Source of the DNA: Balanoglossus misakiensis
Lineage: Eukaryota; Animalia; Hemichordata
NCBI GenBank assembly: GCA_040954595.2
Contig: CM082585.2
Span: forward strand, 634,814-698,813
DNA length: 64,000 bases
Direction: 5' to 3'
In this document: positions 57,157 through 64,000 of the stretch, piece by piece
Layout of the letters: the number at the start of each line of letters is the position of its first letter
How positions within the stretch are numbered: the first letter of the stretch is position 1
Position numbers and translations under genes: made by a program
Notes under the pieces: model-generated
Told to the model about the DNA's origin: nothing
The model's database searches: none
Seen by the model: only the letters and a program-made list of their open reading frames with translations

Positions 57157-58196
57157 TGTTACGATCTGTATAAAGGTCAAATACGATTTCAAGGGTTAAT
57201 TAATCCAGAGCTCGGGAATGTCAATGTTTGATAGTATTTGATTTTATGTATTTGAAGTAGATAGGGAGAGCGGGTGTTTAACTGACTGCTCTGATTGTCA
57301 ATCATCACCGAACTGACTTTGTTATATAACACTTTATGTAAATTGGTTCGTATAGAGTTGACTGATGCCCAATGAAATTGTAACACATATATTTTACATT
57401 ATTAACCACGCCTTGAGAAAAGTAATTATAAGAGAACTTTGTTTCCAAAGTTAGGAGAAATAATCTAACGGGAGATGGGAGTACCTCAGGCTACTGAGCT
57501 CGTTCCCTTCCTCATGTACTTTACTGGGCGTATTTGATGTACTGGAGTAGTTCTGCACAATAAATGAACGTGAATCAGATACGTGTCTCCGTGGATCACT
57601 GTTCTCGTCAGAGCCCGATACCTCATCGCTACAGATTCCCCGATGCATGAACAATAATGAGAAACAAGCCGTAATACCTATTCAATTGAAATTTGTAATT
57701 TCGGCCACTTTTTTGGTCAAAAATGTTCATTAAAAACAAACAAACTAAAGACAAATTGTTTTCTTCATATTCAGAGATCTGATCATGTATGAAAAGTCCA
57801 TTCTGTGTAAAATTTGGTGACTATTCCAAAAACGGCACTCTGGTTGGCCCCACTCTATTCAAAATTGCCTTTTTTGCTATTTGTAGCCAAAAATAGATCT
57901 ACTCAAGAAAAATTTATCATTTAAGCCATTTTGTACCGAAAAAATGTTTGTATTTGGAGTTTTTGCAAAATTAGCCCAAGTTGAACTCATAATGATGATG
58001 AAACAGCGTCGAGAGGAAAAGAAGTTACGAATGGAACAAAACTCGCGTCAATGAATGTAAATACGCCGCCCGGGACCAAGCTCTAAACATGATACAGATG
58101 ACAAAAGAAAGGCATTGCACATTGCCCAAATATTCCCATACAGCAGTTCCAAATTAAAACGTCAAGGGTTTTATGTTTATTTAGTTTAAGCCCACA

Positions 58197-58300
58197 TTTT
58201 CCCTGCTGCGTGCTAGTTCAGGGGCCAGTTTTAGCAGTGCTCTATTGAGTATTCTAGCATCGTTGCACTCCTGTCCAATCAGTATGACGGAGGTATCATG
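58197..58300. repeat. Dispersed repeat (second copy about 61748-61862)
   Basis: ttttccctg.tgc.tgcta..gttcaggggccagttttagcagtgctctattgagta...tccaatcag at both loci. Confidence 0.75.
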
Positions 58301-61300
58301 ATATAAATTATAATATAATTTCTGATTTTGTATTCAGATTGAAGAGAATAAATTTCAACACTCTCTCCCGAGCTGGCATATCTGAACCTAAATATTCCAC
58401 ACCACGCATAATCGACTTATAGTAGACAGTGCGTATACATGGATCATCTTATTGTTAAGTTCAGTTTTGGGCTAAATTTGCCAAATTGTGGCAACCCTGT
58501 CTTTCAATATCATCAATTTAATTGATATTATATGGTTATGGCGTTTTAAATATGCATATACAACATCAGAACACAAAAGGCAAAAACATCAATTATATTT
58601 GTTTTCTGAAAATGCCTATTGTTGACCAAAAGATGGCTAAATGGCAATTTTGTACTGAGCGGGGTGTCTCAATAAGACCGTTGTGCTGGTATCAGCATAT
58701 TTTTTGCACACACACACACAAAAAAACGAATTTACATACATCACAAGGGCTCTGAATATAAAGGAATAAGTTTGTATTTATTTTTTCTAACAGTTACCTT
58801 TTTGAGCAAAGAGGCCAAAATGATATTTTTTCCCTCATTGGGGTCAGTAAGAGTGGGTTTTTTAGTACTTTTATTTATCATTTGATCACCAATGGGAAGA
58901 AAATGGCATAATTTTCGTATTTTCTAGAAATGACACTTTTTGGGCAAAAACTTGCCAAAAAGGCACTTTTATCTTGAGTGGCATCAATAAAACTGCTTTT
59001 TTGGAAATTTTTCACATACAGTGGGCATATAATTCATTATCAGATCTCCGAAAGTTAAGAAAATATATAAATTTTGAGTGTTTTCTGAAAATGACGTTTT
59101 GGGGGCAAAAAGTGGCAAAAATGGCATTTTTTCTTGAGTAGGATCAATAAGACTGCTATTTCTGGAATCAGCACCATTTTTTTACATAGGATGAACATTT
59201 CATATATCACATGATCTCTGAGCTTTATGAAGAAAAGTTTGTTTTTAAATTTTTTTCTAAAAATGGCCTTTTTGGGCAAAAACTTTCCAAAAGGGCATTT
59301 TTGCATTAGGTTGGGTCAATAAATCTGCTTTTTTCGAATAATCACCAGATTTTACATAGGGTGGGCATATAATACATTATCAGATCTCCGAAAGTGAAGA
59401 AAATATATAAATTTTGTGTGTTTTCTGAAAATGACGTTTTGGGGCAAAAAGTGTCAAAAATGGCATTTTTTCTTGAGTAGGGTCAATAAGACTGCTATTT
59501 CTGGAATCAGCACCATTTTTTACATAGAATGGACATTTCATATATCCAATGATCTCTGAATATGATAAACACAATTTATTTTTAGTTTTTTTTGTAAAAA
59601 TGACCTTTTTTGACCACAAAAAGTGGCCAAAAATGGCATTTTTGTATTGATTGAGGTCAAAAAGACTGCTTTATTTTTTAAAGTCACCACTTTTAACATA
59701 GAATTGACTTTCCATATATCACCAGATCAATCATTATGAAGAAAACCGTGTGTTTTATTTTTTTTTCTAAAAATGACGTTTTTTGGGCAAGAAATGGTCA
59801 AAAAGGCAATTTTCTGTTGTTTTGGGTCAATCGAACTACTTTTTTCGTAATATTCACCAAATTTTACATAGAATAAGCATATCATATGTTATCAGATCTC
59901 AGAATGTGACGAAAACAATGTGTTTTTGGTGTTTTCTAAAAAAGACCATTTTGGGGTTAAAATGGCCAAAATGGCAATTTTGTCTTGAGTGGGGTTAATA
60001 AGACTGACTTTTTTGGAATTAGCACCATTTTTTACATAGAATGGACTTCTCAAACCTTCCTTACCAAAAATTCTGATTAACGGCACCTATCTCATAGTGT
60101 AACCAGACTACAAGTGAAGAACCCCAGTAACAGACGTAACGAACAAACAAACTACATGTACTAACAACAAAGCAAGAAAAGTGTCAAGCGTCGTCAAAGA
60201 AAACGAAATAGTTCCAGCATGGTTGGTAAAAGTTATTGGTAGAAAACGAATAGGGCCTTCTACAAATGACGTCTCAGACCCGCAAACGCCACCAGAACAC
60301 AAAACACATGCACAGAACAGTTTAAGCCGGTTGTTGTATGGAGCAGCAATAATCTGCGGTTGGGCCGTCGTAGATTTTCGCTGGTGGTGAAAATAAATAA
60401 AACACGATCGATGTTCGATTTATTCCAGATCACATGCGTTTACGGCCAGAAGAGAGCATAAAAGTCTTCAAATGACCATGTGGTGGCGCACTTTTTCCGA
60501 TTGGCTGTATTTCAATTTGTTCGTGGTAAATTAATTTTGTGGAGGTGACCGGCACTGAAGCTCTTAGCTAGGATGAGGTGGGATGGAAAAATGCCCCATT
60601 TGACTCATTTTAGCTGTTTTAAAATATACGACTATTTATAGACAAAAGGAAAATAAAACAAGCGCAAAAACATACCAAACCTAGTTTTATTAATTACAAA
60701 CAAAATTGCTGAGTAAAGGTTTTCATGTGGGCATTCACTTTGAACTTGCTAAATTAATTTAAAGAGACAAAGTCGCTCTCTCTTTGTCCTTTTGCGATGA
60801 TGGAATGCTTGCTTGAAGTCTCTCGTGCAATAAATGATGTCGATTCATACATGTATGGATGGTGTTTAGGTGGTCGGAATTTACATGTCTTTGCCACGAC
60901 CAAACCAACAACACATAAAATCAAACTTTGGGTCATGAAATCGAGTTTTGTTACAGTCTAGAATTTCATGCCACCCCTTTTGGTCATATTATTCTTGGTA
61001 GGCAAAAGTGACAAGTAGTCAAGTTTCAACACAGGCAACATTTTTTACAAACAAACCACAAAGAAGACATCAAAAGGGAGAGAATTATAGAATGGTCAAT
61101 GTGTGAATAGTTAAGATACGTAAAGTGGCCGGGTTCAACATAACATTAACTCATCGACTTCATATCGTCTCCATGCCATGGTTTTGCCTGCCCTGAAAGT
61201 TCTTGTCGTTGCAGAAGTGGTTTTAACAGAAAGACTTTAGTCTTCCGGGATGTTTGTGATTATTTGAACACCAGACAATACAATGCAACCTTGACTTCCA

Positions 61301-62744
61301 AAATACTTACCGGCATTGCATTATCTTACCATGGTTAGGCCTACAGAGAACAAATTTTCAACAATATTTTCTGAGTTACCGCTGATATTTGTTTTGTAGT
61401 ATGGATATTAAATTATACATCCCGATACAAAACAGAATGTTATAGAATCCTTCCTGAGTGATATTGAAAAAATTACCGGAATGCTATAGCCTAATCTATG
61501 GTTAGGGTTATTGCTATTATTTTATATCAGTAATCGACTTTGTGTATATCAATGTCATTTTCATAACGAAAATGAACTCGAGTCTAATCTAAACGTTACG
61601 AATTGATCGAAAGGCGCTCTGATGAATGTTAACACGAGTGCGCAATGACAATCGTGCATGACAGTGACAACAGTTCCTATAGAGCAGTTAAAAAATAAAC
61701 CGGCCGTCCGTAAATTGATCAGCTATATTTTTTTTTATTTAGTCACGTTTTCCCTGTTGCATGCTATTAGTTCAGGGGCCAGTTTTAGCAGTGCTCTATT
61801 GAGTACTTTCGTATCGATGGATTGATCTCTCGTCCAATCAGAATGGCGGATGGTAGCATGATCCGACATATTGCGTATTACAATAGGGCTTCCTCATACA
61901 GGTCAGAACAGAGAGGTCATTCCTTTTATTTTAGGACGTCTCAGCTCCTTTGTCTTTTCTGTTATTTTTTGACAAATGCGGATTGACGTTCCATTTCCAA
62001 TTGGCGATAATTATATTTATTTGTATTTCATTGCATAAGCGCTTGCTAGTCGTTTTTTAGCAATTTTTTTTGTAGTACAAAAACACTGAAGAAAACGAAA
62101 TATTTTATTCATTCGCACTTCCAAAGAACACCGTGACATAATTCCTCAATTTGCATTTCAGTGTGTGTGTCTGGTGTGTCTGCATTGACGTGAGGCGCAT
62201 TGTCCACCCGCACACATACGTTGCATTGCATTCTTTGACTAATTAGTGTTACGTCATGTTGAAGCAGGATTCTGATTGAGTAGTAAGTAAGTTGCATAAT
62301 TGACGCACAGCTGGTGCCTCGTTCTCTTACCGCTGACCATTGCATTTGAAAAATCATTGCAGCTTTGACGTTCATCAAGCATGGAGGTCCCGGTCGCCTC
62401 CATGCTTGATGATGTCGTTTCTCTGGTAAGCATGGCATTTAATGTTATTTTACAAGTACATGTACACTCCTTCTAGCAAAAACTGGTCGTGGTAGGGCGA
62501 GAGGGTCCTCCCAACATCGAAATTCTGACTTTGGGAAGCGTTACAGCACCAAACAGTAAACTCACAGTCGCATGGAATTTGTGCGTTATATTACACCGTG
62601 CGAGTAAATTGTACGTCGTTCGTTGGCTCGAGTCAGCTTTGTTATTGTGGAGCAGGTGGTACCGTAACACCACAGGGGGCTCTCCCTAGGCGATTTTATT
62701 GTTTGTTTGTTGTTGTTGATTGGCATAATAAACAAATACATATT

Positions 62745-62992
62745 TCTTTATTAATAAATATGGTTTGTTGACATGTAAGGGTTAGGTTATTAGGGTATAT
62801 TTGACAGGTTATGGTATATTCAACGGTTAGGATTAGTGTTGGCATTTTTTCGATCCATGGCCGGCATCACCCCCCCCCCCCTGTGGCTTAATGATGCCCG
62901 GGGCCGTGGATCGAAAAAAATGCCAACAGTAACCCTAACTGTTGAATATACCCTAACACTTACATGTCAACAAACCATATTTATTAATAAAG
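62745..62992. repeat. Palindromic element with (TAACCC)-like internal motifs
   Basis: Outer arms tctttattaataaatatggtttgttgacatgtaag / cttacatgtcaacaaaccatatttattaataaaga; inner arms tgttggcattttttcgatcca / tggatcgaaaaaaatgccaaca. Confidence 0.8.
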
Positions 62993-63184
62993 ATATATAA
63001 CTTTTAAGGCAAAGCGATAGCGAATAAACTGACCAGGGTTGGTTTTGTTGTTGGGGAGATTTTTGGCACCATTGAGACTGTTATAAGCTACCAGTGTGAG
63101 CTATGGTATAGCCGTTAACACGCAGCCCTGCCACGCAGAGCTTCTATGACTGGTTACTAACTTCTATGTCTATTTGATTCACAG

Positions 63185-63259
63185 ATGCTGCCTGAAACTG
63201 TCTGCGTTTCAACTCGGGATTCTCTTCCTTGTCCGGGGCGAATTTAAGACCGCTCAATG
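63185..63259 (+). other. Isolated exon-like segment, possibly a 5' exon of a gene downstream of the window
   Basis: Branch-like ctaac plus tcacag acceptor and atg|gtaagc donor; no recognisable product. Confidence 0.3.
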
Positions 63260-63501
63260 GTAAGCATGACTTGCTTTATATTTGCTTTTATCGGGTGTTG
63301 CAACCGAAACAATAGGAAGAAATGTATGTCTACGAACTAATTTACATATTCCAGCTTTCAATACAATGTACTTGTTTTTTCCCCTTCGAATTCTGGCCTC
63401 GATTGCTTGTGATATGATCGTGATGTCATGAATTAGATGGACAACTCACAAGTTCAAATCTTCACGTGGAGCATAAAATAAATTTGGATGCATTTCCTTA
63501 A

Positions 63502-63849
63502 AGGGACAAAGTCTCTCTCTCGCTGCCCTTTTTTCCATTAATTATATTTGATACAAGACACCGTTTGTTATTCTACATGTAGATATATAGTGAATGAACG
63601 TTCAGCCACACACAACTTCCGTCCCACTTGTAGACACGAGAGTAAAAATACTCGCCAAAATGAATAATCGTTCTTTACCATTTATTCATTTTGGGCGAGT
63701 TTTTACTCTCATATCATACAAGCGGGATGGAAGTTTTGTGTGGTTGATCATTTATTCACTATATATCAAAATGTACATTGACATAAACAGTGTCTTGTAT
63801 CAAACATAATTAATGGAAAAAAGGACAGCGACAGAGAGACTTTGTCCCT
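63502..63849. mobile_element. 348-bp near-palindromic TTAA MITE (Kolobok-like); other copies about 9610-9922, 38400-38698 and 39510-39833
   Basis: TTAA at 63498-63501 and 63850-63853; TIR agggacaaagtctct...agagactttgtccct. Confidence 0.85.
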
Positions 63850-64000
63850 TTAACCATATAGCTAAAATTACTCCCATATCAATACACAGGGAGATACTTT
63901 AACTTTGGCTGAACGTGTGCTAGTCCAACACTATGCTTAATCAAACTGGCTAAGAGATCTGTTATTATATTAGACGCATGAAGGAAAGTAATGTTGTTTA

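Larger units (their letters stand above)
51019..57678 (+). mobile_element. Near-intact Gypsy/Ty3 LTR retrotransposon with chromodomain integrase
   Basis: 522-bp LTRs at 51019-51540 and 57157-57678, with about four differences seen by eye. PBS and PPT present; gene order gag-PR-RT-RH-IN. Confidence 0.97.
49760..60087. mobile_element. Foldback-like non-autonomous element with very long TIRs built of ~120-140 bp tandem units; hosts the Gypsy insertion
   Basis: g(a/g)tgccgttaatcagaatttttggtaaggaaggtttgaga at both ends in inverted orientation, flanked by TA. Arms match for roughly 800 bp or more; unique centre about 57960-58600. Confidence 0.85.

Noticed and set aside
60181-60390. Small ORF with hydrophobic C-terminus followed by AATAAA
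   Set aside because: No ATG start, no splice context and no recognisable family; support is insufficient.

Overview
Eukaryotic, AT-rich, intron-containing genomic DNA with dense transposable elements, probably from a marine invertebrate (inferred from gene and TE content). 2.7-23.0 kb (+): a gene of about 25 exons for a large extracellular protein. It begins with what looks like a two-domain expansin (DPBB D1 + CBM63-like D2; start of D1 not found), followed by a Thr-rich mucin stalk and an SVEP1/Uninflatable-like array (Sushi, HYR, ephrin-receptor-like Cys repeats, EGF array, pentraxin/LamG, HYR). This copy has frameshifts, a stop codon and damaged splice sites. 25.6-30.1 kb (+): a 5'-truncated GDAP2 copy (CRAL-TRIO part only). 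The rest is mostly TEs: an intron-containing piggyBac, a LINE split by a solo LTR, an L2 fragment, an intron-containing hAT fragment, a near-intact chromodomain Gypsy nested in a foldback-like element, and many MITEs and hairpin elements. Highlights are the animal expansin fusion, the apparent 2-bp target duplications of the Gypsy family, and one hairpin architecture shared by unrelated repeats. All homology calls come from motif recognition by eye; no searches were run.
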